Part shown: piece by piece, positions 48,551 through 58,282 of the stretch
How positions within the stretch are numbered: the first letter of the stretch is position 1
How the letters are laid out: each line of letters starts with the position of its first letter
Source: Planctomycetota bacterium
GTDB taxonomy: Bacteria; Planctomycetota; UBA1135; UBA2386
Assembly (NCBI GenBank): GCA_965228735.1
Contig: OZ245838.1
Coordinates: forward strand, 1,408,001-1,472,000
Length of the DNA: 64,000 nucleotides
Direction: 5' to 3'
Notes under the pieces: generated by a model
Told to the model about the DNA's origin: nothing
What the model saw: the letters and a program-made list of their open reading frames with translations, nothing else
Database searches by the model: none
Position numbers and translations under genes: made by a program

Positions 48551-51352
48551 ATGAAGCAGACCTTGCACCGCCCATTGAGTCTGACCGCGCTCGCATTCGT
48601 GACCGCGGTCGGCTGGCTGTCGATCACGTCCTCGTGCGTCGAGGAAGCCGGTCGCGAGTCGTCGCTCGCGACGGCCGAGTCGTGCATGAGCTGTCACAAC
48701 GGCTCCCTGCACGATGACTACGCGGGCCCGGGTCTCGAGAACCCGCACCCGTTCCCCGGCGATGCGGAGGTGCTGACCTGCACCGCGTGTCACGGCGGCA
48801 ACCCGAACGGTCGCGATGCGGCCTCGGCCCACGTGCCGCCGCCGCCGTCGATCGGCGACCGCGACTTCCAGGACCGCAACGCGCAGGCCTACTTCAACAA
48901 GCTGACGCTCACCGGCATCGACAAGGTGCCGGATTACACCGTCGACGGTGTGACCTACACCGGCATCGACTACCTGCAGTTCCTCAACCCGGGCGACCTC
49001 CGCGTGACGGAAGCTGCGCGCGGCTGCGGCGAGTGCCACGGCGATCACAGCGCCAGCATGGCGCGCGCGCCGATCGGCCTGTCGATGGGCATCTTCTCGG
49101 GCGCCTCGTACGCGAGCGGCCAGCTCAACCAGATCCCGGGCCACCAGGGCCTGTTCGAGGACACGGCCGCGGACCTCGCGTTCCGCGCGGTCACGGATCC
49201 GAGTCACGTCCACAGCGCGACCGAGGTCGGCAAGATCGGGCAACTCATCGAAGCGCCGGTCTGGGCGTCCCGGCAGGACCAGGGCCCCGACTTCCTGTTC
49301 CGCAACCAGGACTTCGTCGTCGCCAATCTCGTCAACGACGTGAACGCCGACGGCTCGCTCGTCAACAACTCGCGGCTCGCGAAGCTCTACCAGGAGCAGG
49401 TCATGTTCACCTGCGGTGACTGCCACGCCGGCAGCAGCGGTGCGAACAACCGCTACGGTGACTTCCGGCCGTCCGGCTGCGCGGCGTGCCACATGCCCTA
49501 CAGCCTCGACGGTCGCAGCCGCAGTCTCGACCCGAACGTCCCGAAGGACGAACCCGCGGACCCGGACGACATCGACGATCCGGAACGCGCCCACGTGCGC
49601 GCCCACCGGATCGTCAACGTCAATCGAACGCTGAGCAACGGCGTGCAGGTCGGCGGCATCGACGACTACACCTGCGCCGGCTGCCACCAGGGCAGCAACC
49701 GCACGGTCATGCAGTACTGGGGCATCCGCCTCGACCAGAACGAGGACGTGCGCCGCGGCTTCCAGTACCCGGCCAACCCCGTCGAGTTCCGGACGACGCG
49801 TTTCGACACGCGCCTGTTCGACCCGGAGGTCGACAACAACACGTTCAACGGCCGCAATCACCGCCAGTACCTGCTGTTCGAAGACTACGACGGCGACACG
49901 CGTGACGACACGCCGGCCGACGTGCACTACGAAGCGGGCATGGGCTGTGTCGACTGCCACGGCGGCACCGACCTGCACGGCGAGGTCAAGACCGGCGGCG
50001 GCGCGATCGTCAGCCGCATGAGCCACGCGGTCGCGATCTCGTGCGAGACGTGCCACGGTTCGTCGACCGCGTACGCGGCGACGACCGTCGGCGAGAACTA
50101 CCAGGGCTTCACCGTGCCCCTCGCCGTCGACGAGAAGGGCGTCGCGTTGCGTCACGTCGAGCGCGACACCGACGGCAACTACTGGCTCACGAGCAAGCTC
50201 ACGGGCAACCGCCACTTCATCCGCCAGACGATGGACGTCGTCGTCGACAACGGCAAGCTGAACCCGTTGACCAACGAACCGCTCTACTCGGCCAAGGCGT
50301 CGTTCGCCATGGGCCGCGACGACGGCCTGGCATCGACGGGCCTCGGCCCGCAGCAGAACGGCGTGACGGCGACCGGCTTCGCCCACAGCGACAGCATGGA
50401 CTGCGCGTCGTGCCACTCGGCGTGGACCAACACGTGCATCGGCTGCCACCTCGAGGGTGAGTACAACGAGGGCAACAACTTCAGCAACGTCACGGGCGAG
50501 CGGATCTCGTTCCGGGAACGCTTCGCGGAGTTCGTCTACCAGTCGCCGGTGAACTTCAGTCTCGGCGTCGGTCCGGACAACCGGATCACGAACACCGCGG
50601 CCAACACCAAGGTGTTCTTCCGCTACACGGACATCAACGGCGACCGGACCCCGGTGTTCGCGTTCAGTGACCGCAACGGGCAGGGCAGCAACACCGCCGC
50701 CAACCCGGCGCGGCCGCTGCCGTCGCTCGGGCACAACGCGCTCATGGCGCACTCGATCCGTGGTCGCGTGACCGCGAGCAACGAGGGGCCGCGCTACTGC
50801 GTGTCGTGCCACCTCACCGACACGGCTCTCGCGAACCACCGGACGGCGTACGAGACGTTCCGCACGCAGCTGGCGACGAACGACTTCGCGAACATCGACT
50901 ACGACACGTTGCGCACCCACATCGGGCTCAACCCGGGCAACCAGCTCAACTCGCCGTGGTTCGTGCACATGGCCGCCGGTCTCGGCACCGGTCTCTACCT
51001 GTTCGACGCCAACGGTGGCGCGCAGAACCCGATCGACGACAACGCCAACCGCTACGGCAGTGACGGCGTCGCCCCGCGCGACCAGTTCAACCCAGCCAAC
51101 GTGGTCTACGACCTCGATCGCGTCGTCGACGACACGAACGGCCGTTCGAACGGTTCGAGCAGCGTGCCCATGGATCAGCCGATCCTCGGCCCGCTGCGCC
51201 GCACGGGCGCAACCAACACGAACATGACGGGGCCGCTCGGCCTGAACCTCGCGAACCGGCTGGCCGACCCGAACACGGGCATCATCCTCAACGCGTGGAT
51301 CAACGCGGACGGCGTCGCAAACGGCTTCGCCGCGCAGATCATCGACCCGTAG
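48551..51352 (+). CDS. Large undecaheme c-type cytochrome, probable lipoprotein
   Basis: 11 CxxCH in 933 aa; signal ending ITSSC; SD GGAGG upstream. Confidence 0.88.
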   Translation: MKQTLHRPLSLTALAFVTAVGWLSITSSCVEEAGRESSLATAESCMSCHNGSLHDDYAGPGLENPHPFPGDAEVLTCTACHGGNPNGRDAASAHVPPPPSIGDRDFQDRNAQAYFNKLTLTGIDKVPDYTVDGVTYTGIDYLQFLNPGDLRVTEAARGCGECHGDHSASMARAPIGLSMGIFSGASYASGQLNQIPGHQGLFEDTAADLAFRAVTDPSHVHSATEVGKIGQLIEAPVWASRQDQGPDFLFRNQDFVVANLVNDVNADGSLVNNSRLAKLYQEQVMFTCGDCHAGSSGANNRYGDFRPSGCAACHMPYSLDGRSRSLDPNVPKDEPADPDDIDDPERAHVRAHRIVNVNRTLSNGVQVGGIDDYTCAGCHQGSNRTVMQYWGIRLDQNEDVRRGFQYPANPVEFRTTRFDTRLFDPEVDNNTFNGRNHRQYLLFEDYDGDTRDDTPADVHYEAGMGCVDCHGGTDLHGEVKTGGGAIVSRMSHAVAISCETCHGSSTAYAATTVGENYQGFTVPLAVDEKGVALRHVERDTDGNYWLTSKLTGNRHFIRQTMDVVVDNGKLNPLTNEPLYSAKASFAMGRDDGLASTGLGPQQNGVTATGFAHSDSMDCASCHSAWTNTCIGCHLEGEYNEGNNFSNVTGERISFRERFAEFVYQSPVNFSLGVGPDNRITNTAANTKVFFRYTDINGDRTPVFAFSDRNGQGSNTAANPARPLPSLGHNALMAHSIRGRVTASNEGPRYCVSCHLTDTALANHRTAYETFRTQLATNDFANIDYDTLRTHIGLNPGNQLNSPWFVHMAAGLGTGLYLFDANGGAQNPIDDNANRYGSDGVAPRDQFNPANVVYDLDRVVDDTNGRSNGSSSVPMDQPILGPLRRTGATNTNMTGPLGLNLANRLADPNTGIILNAWINADGVANGFAAQIIDP

Positions 51353-51365
51353 GCCGACGGCACTC

Positions 51366-54227
51366 TCAACGACCGCGCCCCGGCCCGTCGTCAGGCCGCG
51401 GTCCGTCCGGCCGTCGCTCCCCGCGCGACGGCGGCACCCGCGGCATGAGCTCCCGGATCGTGCTGCGGAATTCCTGCACCTTCGCGTCGAACGCGGCACT
51501 CGTTCGCCAACGCCGGCCGCCGGGACCGCGCCGCGGGTCCGCTCGCCCGCCGCGGCCCTCTTCGCGGTCACCCCGGCCCCACGCGGAGAAGCCTCCCCAG
51601 CGCTCCGGCCGGCTCGCCCGGGCGCCGGCCTCGACGAGCGCCTCGACGGCCTCGCGCAGCTGCGCGAACGCGCGGTCGAGCATGGCATCGGCTTCCTGCG
51701 CCCGGTCTTGCTCGCGGAGCAGGTTGTCCAGCTCACGGATCGCGCCCACGGCGCGCATCGGGTGCGCCACGCCGGGCTCGGCCACGACTCGCCGCAACTC
51801 GCGCTCGGCCCGCGCCAGCAGTTTCGGACGCTCGGCCTCGCCCGCAGTCCGAGCCCGGTAGAGCAACTCGCTGCCGAGTTCGCCGGCAACCCGGGAACGC
51901 AGCGCGCGATGATCGCGAATGTCGGGTCGGTCCTTCACGAGGCGAGCCGCGTGGCCAGCGGCCTCCTCGAGCAGGGCAAGCCGTTCCGCCCGCGGCAACA
52001 CGCGGACCAGGTCGACCACCGTGTCGCAGAACTCGAGGCGGAACTGCTCCAGGTCGGGATCGGCAGTGACGATCTCGCGCAGGATCTGCAGGCCCGCCCG
52101 GGCGCTCTGCAGCCCCGTGTCGAGCGGCTGCAACTGCCCCGCGAGCAGCAGGCAGCGTGCCTCGAACGCGCGCACCTCCGGCTTGCCCCGCTCGGCCGCC
52201 GGCAGCGCCGCGAGTGTCGCCTGGGCGGCGTCGAGGTAGCCGAGCGCGCGTTGCAGTCGCTCCTGACGGCCACGGCGCCCGTCGCGGACTCCGTCCGGCG
52301 GCGCACCGGACGGCCGCTCGCCAGAAGGCCGCTCGTCGGGCGGCCGCTCGCCGCGATCCCGCCGCCGACCATCGCCGCGCCCGCGCCGCGACAGGCGTTC
52401 CGTCCGGGCCAGTTCGTACTGCACCGTCGCACATTCGAACTGCAGCGCGACGGACTCGTCCCCGGTCCGCTCCCGTTCGGCCGTGAGCACCTGCAGGGCG
52501 AGCTGGAAGCGGCGCGCGGCCTCTTCGCGGTTGCGGCGCCGCATCTCGAGGTGCCCGTACTCGAGGTGGACCGCCGCGAGCTCGCGCGCGATGTCGCGGT
52601 CGGACACGACCGAGTAGAGCTCGAGCGCCTCGTCGTAGGCTGCGGCGGCCTCCTCGAGGTTGCCGAGACGCTTGTGGATCACGCCGACCCGGCGATGGGC
52701 CCGCGCGGTCTCGAACCGCAGCGACTGGCTCGCCGCATTCTGAGCCGCGAAGTCGTCGTAGAAGGACAGCATCTCGAGCAGCAGCTGCAGGTCCTGGTCG
52801 CGAACGTTGCGCACCGCGACCACGTATTCCTCGCCGGTGTCCGGGTCGGCCTCGAACATCAACAGCGGGTCACGACCGACGAGCCCGTCGAACACGTCCT
52901 CGAACGCGGCCAGGGCGTGTCGCAGGTTGCCTTCCGCCCGCAACCGCTCTTGCTCGAGTTCCACGCCCGCCGTCTCGGCCCGCGTCAGCGCGTCGCTCGT
53001 GACGACGTAGGCCCCCCAGCCGATCCCTCCGGCGACGACGATCGCCGTGAGCGTCGCTGCGAGCAACCCGGCCATCGCGCGGTTCCGGCGACACCAACGC
53101 AGGACCTGCGCGACCGAACTCTGGCGCCGCGCGGCGATCGGGCGGTCCTCGAGGAACGCGACGAGGTCCTGCTCGAGTTCCTCCGCCGTGCCGTAGCGGT
53201 CCGCGGGGTCGCTCGCCGTCGCCTTGCCGATCACCGTCTCGAGGTCGCGCGGCACGTCCGCCACGAGCCTCGACACGGGCGTCGGTCGACCGCGCTGGAT
53301 CGCGGCCATCAACTCGGAACGGGACTGCCCCGCGTAGGCCGGCCGCAACGTGAGCAATTCGTAGAGCGTGATCCCGAGCGCGTAGACCTCACTGCGCGCA
53401 TCGTAGATCCCGGCGAACTGCTCCGGCGCCATGTACTGCATCGTCCCGACCAGGTCGCCCGACTGGGTCAGCCCCTCGGCCTCGAGCGCCTTGGCGAGAC
53501 CGAAGTCGGTGACCCATACGTGCTCGTCTTCCCCGAGCAGCAGGTTCCCCGGTTTGATGTCACGGTGCAGCGTGCCGTGCTCGTGGGCGTAGTGCAGCGC
53601 CTCGGCGACCTGCGCGCCGATCCGCGCGACGAAGCGCGCACGATCCCGCCACGCCGCGCTGCCCTCCGGCGGGTGCTGCCCTGCGTCCGTGCGCCACGCG
53701 TCGAGCCCTGTCCCGCTGATGAACTGCATCGCGTACCAGTGGTAGCCGTCCGTCTCACCGCTGCCGAACACCGGCACGATGTTGCTGTGGTGCAGCTGCG
53801 CTGCGACCTGCGCCTCGCGCTGGAAGCGCATGAGCTGGTTGCCCGTCAGGAGCGACGCCTGTGGCAGCACCTTGAGCGCGACGCGTCGCGAAAGCGACTC
53901 CTGGAACGCCTCGAACACGACGCCCATGCCGCCGCGCCCGACCTCGGCGACGATGCGGAAGTCGCCGAGCCGGTGCATGTCCGGCAGCGCCACGCGCGCG
54001 AGCTGCCCGCCGGTCGACTCGCGGTCGCGCTTGACCTGCTCGAGCGCCTGCAGGGTCGGCAACAGGTCGAGCAGCGCCTCGCGCTGCTCGGGGTGAGCGG
54101 CGGCGAACGCGGGCACGTCGACGAACTCGCCGCTCCGCAGTCGCCTGGTGTACTCCTCGACGAGCAGATCGAGCGGATCGCGTTCGCTGCCTCTGCCGTC
54201 GGTCACGGCGTCGTCGTCCAGACTCAT
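51366..54227 (-). CDS. Hanks-type Ser/Thr protein kinase with a TM and TPR-like C-terminus
   Basis: GRGGMGVVF, VALKVL, HRDIKPGN, DFGLAK, GTMQYMAPE; TM after RRNR. Confidence 0.95.
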   Translation of the reverse strand: MSLDDDAVTDGRGSERDPLDLLVEEYTRRLRSGEFVDVPAFAAAHPEQREALLDLLPTLQALEQVKRDRESTGGQLARVALPDMHRLGDFRIVAEVGRGGMGVVFEAFQESLSRRVALKVLPQASLLTGNQLMRFQREAQVAAQLHHSNIVPVFGSGETDGYHWYAMQFISGTGLDAWRTDAGQHPPEGSAAWRDRARFVARIGAQVAEALHYAHEHGTLHRDIKPGNLLLGEDEHVWVTDFGLAKALEAEGLTQSGDLVGTMQYMAPEQFAGIYDARSEVYALGITLYELLTLRPAYAGQSRSELMAAIQRGRPTPVSRLVADVPRDLETVIGKATASDPADRYGTAEELEQDLVAFLEDRPIAARRQSSVAQVLRWCRRNRAMAGLLAATLTAIVVAGGIGWGAYVVTSDALTRAETAGVELEQERLRAEGNLRHALAAFEDVFDGLVGRDPLLMFEADPDTGEEYVVAVRNVRDQDLQLLLEMLSFYDDFAAQNAASQSLRFETARAHRRVGVIHKRLGNLEEAAAAYDEALELYSVVSDRDIARELAAVHLEYGHLEMRRRNREEAARRFQLALQVLTAERERTGDESVALQFECATVQYELARTERLSRRGRGDGRRRDRGERPPDERPSGERPSGAPPDGVRDGRRGRQERLQRALGYLDAAQATLAALPAAERGKPEVRAFEARCLLLAGQLQPLDTGLQSARAGLQILREIVTADPDLEQFRLEFCDTVVDLVRVLPRAERLALLEEAAGHAARLVKDRPDIRDHRALRSRVAGELGSELLYRARTAGEAERPKLLARAERELRRVVAEPGVAHPMRAVGAIRELDNLLREQDRAQEADAMLDRAFAQLREAVEALVEAGARASRPERWGGFSAWGRGDREEGRGGRADPRRGPGGRRWRTSAAFDAKVQEFRSTIRELMPRVPPSRGERRPDGPRPDDGPGRGR

Positions 54228-54246
54228 CGCGCGCACCGCCTCATGA

Positions 54247-54840
54247 TCAACCGTCCGCGAGCTCGGCGAGCAGACCGCGCAGGCGCCCGAGTGCCCGCAC
54301 GTAGCGATTACTTGCCGCGTTCTCCTGGATACCCAGCACGTCGGCGGTCTCCTTGTTGGACAGCTCCTCGAAGTGCCGCAGAAGAAGCACCTCGCGGTCG
54401 ATCTCGTCCATGCTATCGAGCGCGGCCTCGATCTTTTGCCGCAGCTCCTCGCGCATCGCAGCACCGCTCGGGGACGTCGCGTGGCCGACGAAGAAGCCGC
54501 TGATCATCTGGCTCTGGGGCGACTGGACCTCGCGCCCCGCGGTGCGCATCTTGGCGCCGACGTGCTTGCGATGCAGATCGACCATCGTCTGCTGCGCGAT
54601 CAGCCGCATCCACAGGAAGAACGGCTTGTCGTCGCCGCGGAACGCGCCGAGCCGCTTCTCCGCCTCGATGTAGGCCTCCTGCAACACGTCCTCGGGATCG
54701 ATCCGCCCGAGCAGGCGCGGGTCGAGCCGGAATTGGATCATGCGCAGCAGCCGGTCCCTGACGCCGTCGAACAACGGAGCCAGGGCAGCGTCATCACCGG
54801 CGCGCAGCGTCGCTTCGAGTTCTGCATCGGAGTCTGGCAT
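54247..54840 (-). CDS. ECF sigma-70 factor, kinase-associated planctomycete type
   Basis: RLDPRLLGRIDPEDVLQE, FFLWMR, HRKH, TSPS, REVLLLRHFEELS, RYVRAL. Confidence 0.92.
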   Translation of the reverse strand: MPDSDAELEATLRAGDDAALAPLFDGVRDRLLRMIQFRLDPRLLGRIDPEDVLQEAYIEAEKRLGAFRGDDKPFFLWMRLIAQQTMVDLHRKHVGAKMRTAGREVQSPQSQMISGFFVGHATSPSGAAMREELRQKIEAALDSMDEIDREVLLLRHFEELSNKETADVLGIQENAASNRYVRALGRLRGLLAELADG

Positions 54841-55067
54841 CGCTGCGCGCACCATAGCCGATCGACGACCCTCCGAAAGACGCGCGAGGACCGCCAGCGC
54901 GTCCCTGCCATCGCCGAGACGGCGGTGAGTCGCACTCAGAACGGACCGGATCGTGGGCATGACTACGATTGCGGCGGTAGAACGCCGGCGGGACATCCGA
55001 GTCCACAGCCAGAGCGGCGTTCTCGGGGCCCGAGACGCAATCGTGACGCGGACCGGGCCCGGGCGAC

Positions 55068-56579
55068 TCAGATCGCGCCGGCGACGAACCGGCGCAGCTC
55101 GTCCGTCGTCACGGACTTGCCCGTGAACGACCGCACCTGCGACTTCGCCTGCTCGAGGAACATCTCGAGCCCGTGCACGACCCGCGCACCGACTGCTTTG
55201 GCGTCGCGCAGCAGGCGCGTCTCGTGCGGCCGATAGACCATGTCGAAGACCACGGTGCCGGGCTCCGGCACCCAGTCGGGCAGCGGCCGCTCGTCCGGGA
55301 CGCGATCTGCCCCCGCGCTGCCGAGCGGCGTCGCGTTGACGACGACGCTGGGCCGCAGGCCGTCGGGCAACCGCGTGGACAGACTGCCGAGCCGGATGCC
55401 GTGGCGTTCGGCGAACGCGCGCACCCCGTCGATCGAACGCCCGAGGATCGTGACCTCGAAGCCGAGTTCGAGCAACGCGAAGGCGCCGGCGCGCGCGGCA
55501 CCACCGGCGCCGAGCACCACGGCCGCGGGTTTCGCTGCCCCCGCGCCGGCCGACCCGCCAGGTCGTGAAACGACTTCGGCGAGAGCGCGCTGCACGCCCG
55601 CGACATCCGTGTTGTGACCCTCCCACCCTGCACCGTCGTCGACGGCCACGAGCGTGTTCACGACCTCGACCGCGGCGGCTTCTTCAGACCACCGCGCGCA
55701 CCGCTCCGCCATCGCGGCCTTGTGCGGCGCCGTCACCGACAGTCCGCCGACCCGGCCCGGCGGCAGCATGTCGAGGACGGCGTCGGGTCGCGAGGTCTCG
55801 AACGGCAGGTAGATCGCGTCCACCCCGAGCCGGCGGAACGCGCGGTTGTGGACCCATGGCCCGAGCGACTGCAGCGCGGGGTTGCCGAGCAGGCCGAAGA
55901 TCCGCGTTCCGGCGCCGATCGTCTGCGCGCGGTAGAGGCCTTTCAGCAACGCGACGGGCAGCTGCCCGACCGCGGTCTCGGCGCCGCCCTCGAGACTGCC
56001 GTACACGAACGGCGCGCCGTGCGCGAGCGCGAGCAGGCGCGTCGGCCAGGCGGTGCGTCCCATCGCGAACGCCACGGTCGGCGTCGCTGCCTGATCGATC
56101 GTTCGCAACAGCTCGAAGACCGGGGCGGCGTCAGCCAGGTCGTGCGCCGTCACGACGATCTTGGCGACCGCGCCCGGCACTTCGACGAGGCGCGCGTGGA
56201 TCGCGTCGAGCTCGCGCGGCACGCCGGTGAAGCTGTGGAACGACCGCACGATGCGACGCAGACCGGTGCGGCCGGCCGGCGGCATCCAGCGATCGTCGAT
56301 GTCGAGGTCGACGCCTTCGGCGCCGGCGATCAGCGCCGCGGTCAGGAGCTCGCGCCGTTCACCGAGCGTGCCACGGAAGTGGCCGCCGTTCTCGGGCGTG
56401 TGGCACGTGACGAGCACCGGCAGCCGCACCGCCGCGACCGCGGCCGCGACGTCCTCGTCGCTCGGCCAACGATCGAGCCGCAGCTCCAGCCAGTCCGCGC
56501 CGGCCATCGCGGCCGTCGCCCCGGCCCGCGCGACCTGCGCGACCGACTCGGCGAAGACGCTGGCGATGATGTCTGGCAT
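55068..56579 (-). CDS. aroE: Bifunctional type I 3-dehydroquinate dehydratase / shikimate dehydrogenase (AroD-AroE)
   Basis: ELRLD, SFH, KIV, AMG (DHQase I); GNP..SL.P..HN, SVTAPHK, NTL, NTD, GAGGAARA, NATPLG, DMVY (SDH). Confidence 0.92.
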   Translation of the reverse strand: MPDIIASVFAESVAQVARAGATAAMAGADWLELRLDRWPSDEDVAAAVAAVRLPVLVTCHTPENGGHFRGTLGERRELLTAALIAGAEGVDLDIDDRWMPPAGRTGLRRIVRSFHSFTGVPRELDAIHARLVEVPGAVAKIVVTAHDLADAAPVFELLRTIDQAATPTVAFAMGRTAWPTRLLALAHGAPFVYGSLEGGAETAVGQLPVALLKGLYRAQTIGAGTRIFGLLGNPALQSLGPWVHNRAFRRLGVDAIYLPFETSRPDAVLDMLPPGRVGGLSVTAPHKAAMAERCARWSEEAAAVEVVNTLVAVDDGAGWEGHNTDVAGVQRALAEVVSRPGGSAGAGAAKPAAVVLGAGGAARAGAFALLELGFEVTILGRSIDGVRAFAERHGIRLGSLSTRLPDGLRPSVVVNATPLGSAGADRVPDERPLPDWVPEPGTVVFDMVYRPHETRLLRDAKAVGARVVHGLEMFLEQAKSQVRSFTGKSVTTDELRRFVAGAI

Positions 56580-56694
56580 CCGGCGCGCGCAGCGTAGCAG
56601 AGCCGCGGGCCATTCTCTGCCGCCTACTCCCTACCGCTATGGCACTGCCGCTGGAGAACTGCGTCCGAAGAACTGCCGCCGGGGGTGCCGGCGC

Positions 56695-57567
56695 CTACCG
56701 ATCGAGCAGGTCACGCAATCGGGCAGCCGACTGCGCATCGAGCCCGCGCTCCACGGCGAGGTCGATCGCCGCGACCATGAGCGCGCGGTAGCCCGGCACC
56801 GCGGCCGGAACCCGCTGCCTCAGGGCCTCGAGGTGACGCGCGACCGTCGCATGATCACCGCGGCGAACGGGCCCCGACAGAGCGGCTGCGGCCCCGAGCT
56901 CGTTCGTGCCTGCGAGCGCCATCGTCATGAGCGCGGTCGCGATCCGATCGGCGTCGGCCGGCGCGAGGCCGCCGGCCGCTCCGAGCACCGTGTCGACCAG
57001 TCCGCGCAGCGCGACGAGCCCGTTCGCGGCCAACGCACAACCGGCGTGATACAGCGCCCGGGCCTCGGCGTTCCCGGCCATGACGACCGGGGTCATTGCC
57101 ATGCCGTAGGCCAGTTTCTCGAGCAGCTCCATCGCCGCGGGATCACCCGTGATCACCGCCGGCTGCCCCGCCATCGCCCGGTACCCCGCTTCGGCGTCCG
57201 GGAACGGGGCGACCGGGTGCAGCGCACCGCGGCGCGCGCCACCCGCGCTCGCCGGCTCCAGCACGGTGAGGTCGTGGCTCCCGCTCGTGTGCACCCACAG
57301 ACTGCAACTCCGCGGCGGCGCGGCGGCCGTGAGCCCGACCACCGTCGTCTCGAGGTCGGGATCACCGACGGCGACGAGCACGACGTGCCCTTCGACGTGG
57401 TCTCCGGGCTCGAGCACCCGCCCCACGCCGGCGAAGGCGACCGCGCGTTCGGCACCCGCACGCTGACGCCCGATGAAGCCGACGACCTCGAAGCCGCTCT
57501 CGTGCAGCCGGCGGCCGCACGCTGCGCCGACCCGACCCGGCCCGACGATGACGACCCGGACCGCCAT
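56695..57567 (-). CDS. Rossmann-like / DUF2520 oxidoreductase (PanG-like)
   Basis: GPGRVG, HTSGS, LHP, YHAGC...N, LSGPVRRGD. Confidence 0.85.
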   Translation of the reverse strand: MAVRVVIVGPGRVGAACGRRLHESGFEVVGFIGRQRAGAERAVAFAGVGRVLEPGDHVEGHVVLVAVGDPDLETTVVGLTAAAPPRSCSLWVHTSGSHDLTVLEPASAGGARRGALHPVAPFPDAEAGYRAMAGQPAVITGDPAAMELLEKLAYGMAMTPVVMAGNAEARALYHAGCALAANGLVALRGLVDTVLGAAGGLAPADADRIATALMTMALAGTNELGAAAALSGPVRRGDHATVARHLEALRQRVPAAVPGYRALMVAAIDLAVERGLDAQSAARLRDLLDR

Positions 57568-57588
57568 CAGGAACGCGCCCCCGCGGCG

Positions 57589-58191
57589 TCAGTCCGCGGC
57601 GTGACTGGCCGCACCGCCGTCGTCACCGGGCCCCGCACCACCGCCATCTCCGAGCTTCTGACGCTGCAACTCGCGCGCGGTTTGCCGCCGCTCGAGCTCT
57701 TCGATGTAGTCGTCGTCGACCATGTCGCTGAGCGCATCGAGGTCGTCGAACGTCTTGGGCTGGTAGCGCGGACCGTCACGTTGCGCTGCCTCGACCTCCT
57801 GCGCGTAGGCCTGCACGACCGCCTTGTGCACCTCGATCCGCGTCGCGCTGTTGATCGGGTGCGCGAGGTCGGCGTGCAGCTGCGAACGACCGCGTTCGTC
57901 CCGCGGCGCCCGCTCGGGATCGAGCCGAGCGCCGCACTGATTGCAGTAGGCCGCGCGCAGGTGGTTCTTGTGATGACAACTCGCGCAGTGGTCCGCGAGC
58001 TTGCGGCTCGGCATGGCGACGAACGGTCCACGGTTGCCATCGATGATCTTGAGGTCGCGCACGACGAACGCATTGTCGATCGTCACGCTGCAGTAGGCCT
58101 TGAGCTTGTTGCGGGGGTCGTCCGTGAGTTTGACGCGAACCTCCGTGATACGGAACCTCGGATCGCCGCGACGTTCTTTGCCCTTCGTCAC
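57589..58191 (-). CDS. spoVG: SpoVG-family nucleic-acid-binding protein with a zinc-ribbon insertion
   Basis: [34 protein letters not shown]...CNQC insert. Confidence 0.88.
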   Translation of the reverse strand: MTKGKERRGDPRFRITEVRVKLTDDPRNKLKAYCSVTIDNAFVVRDLKIIDGNRGPFVAMPSRKLADHCASCHHKNHLRAAYCNQCGARLDPERAPRDERGRSQLHADLAHPINSATRIEVHKAVVQAYAQEVEAAQRDGPRYQPKTFDDLDALSDMVDDDYIEELERRQTARELQRQKLGDGGGAGPGDDGGAASHAAD

Positions 58192-58282
58192 TGTGGAACC
58201 CTCCCTGGGTCAGTGGCCGCCCGCCCGCTGCCTGAGCCCGCTGCCCGCGGGCGCCCGTGGCCCGGCGGCCGCGGGCCAACCG

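Noticed and set aside
57970..57990. CASCH in SpoVG as a heme c site
   Set aside because: Cytoplasmic protein with a second CxxC; a zinc ribbon fits better.
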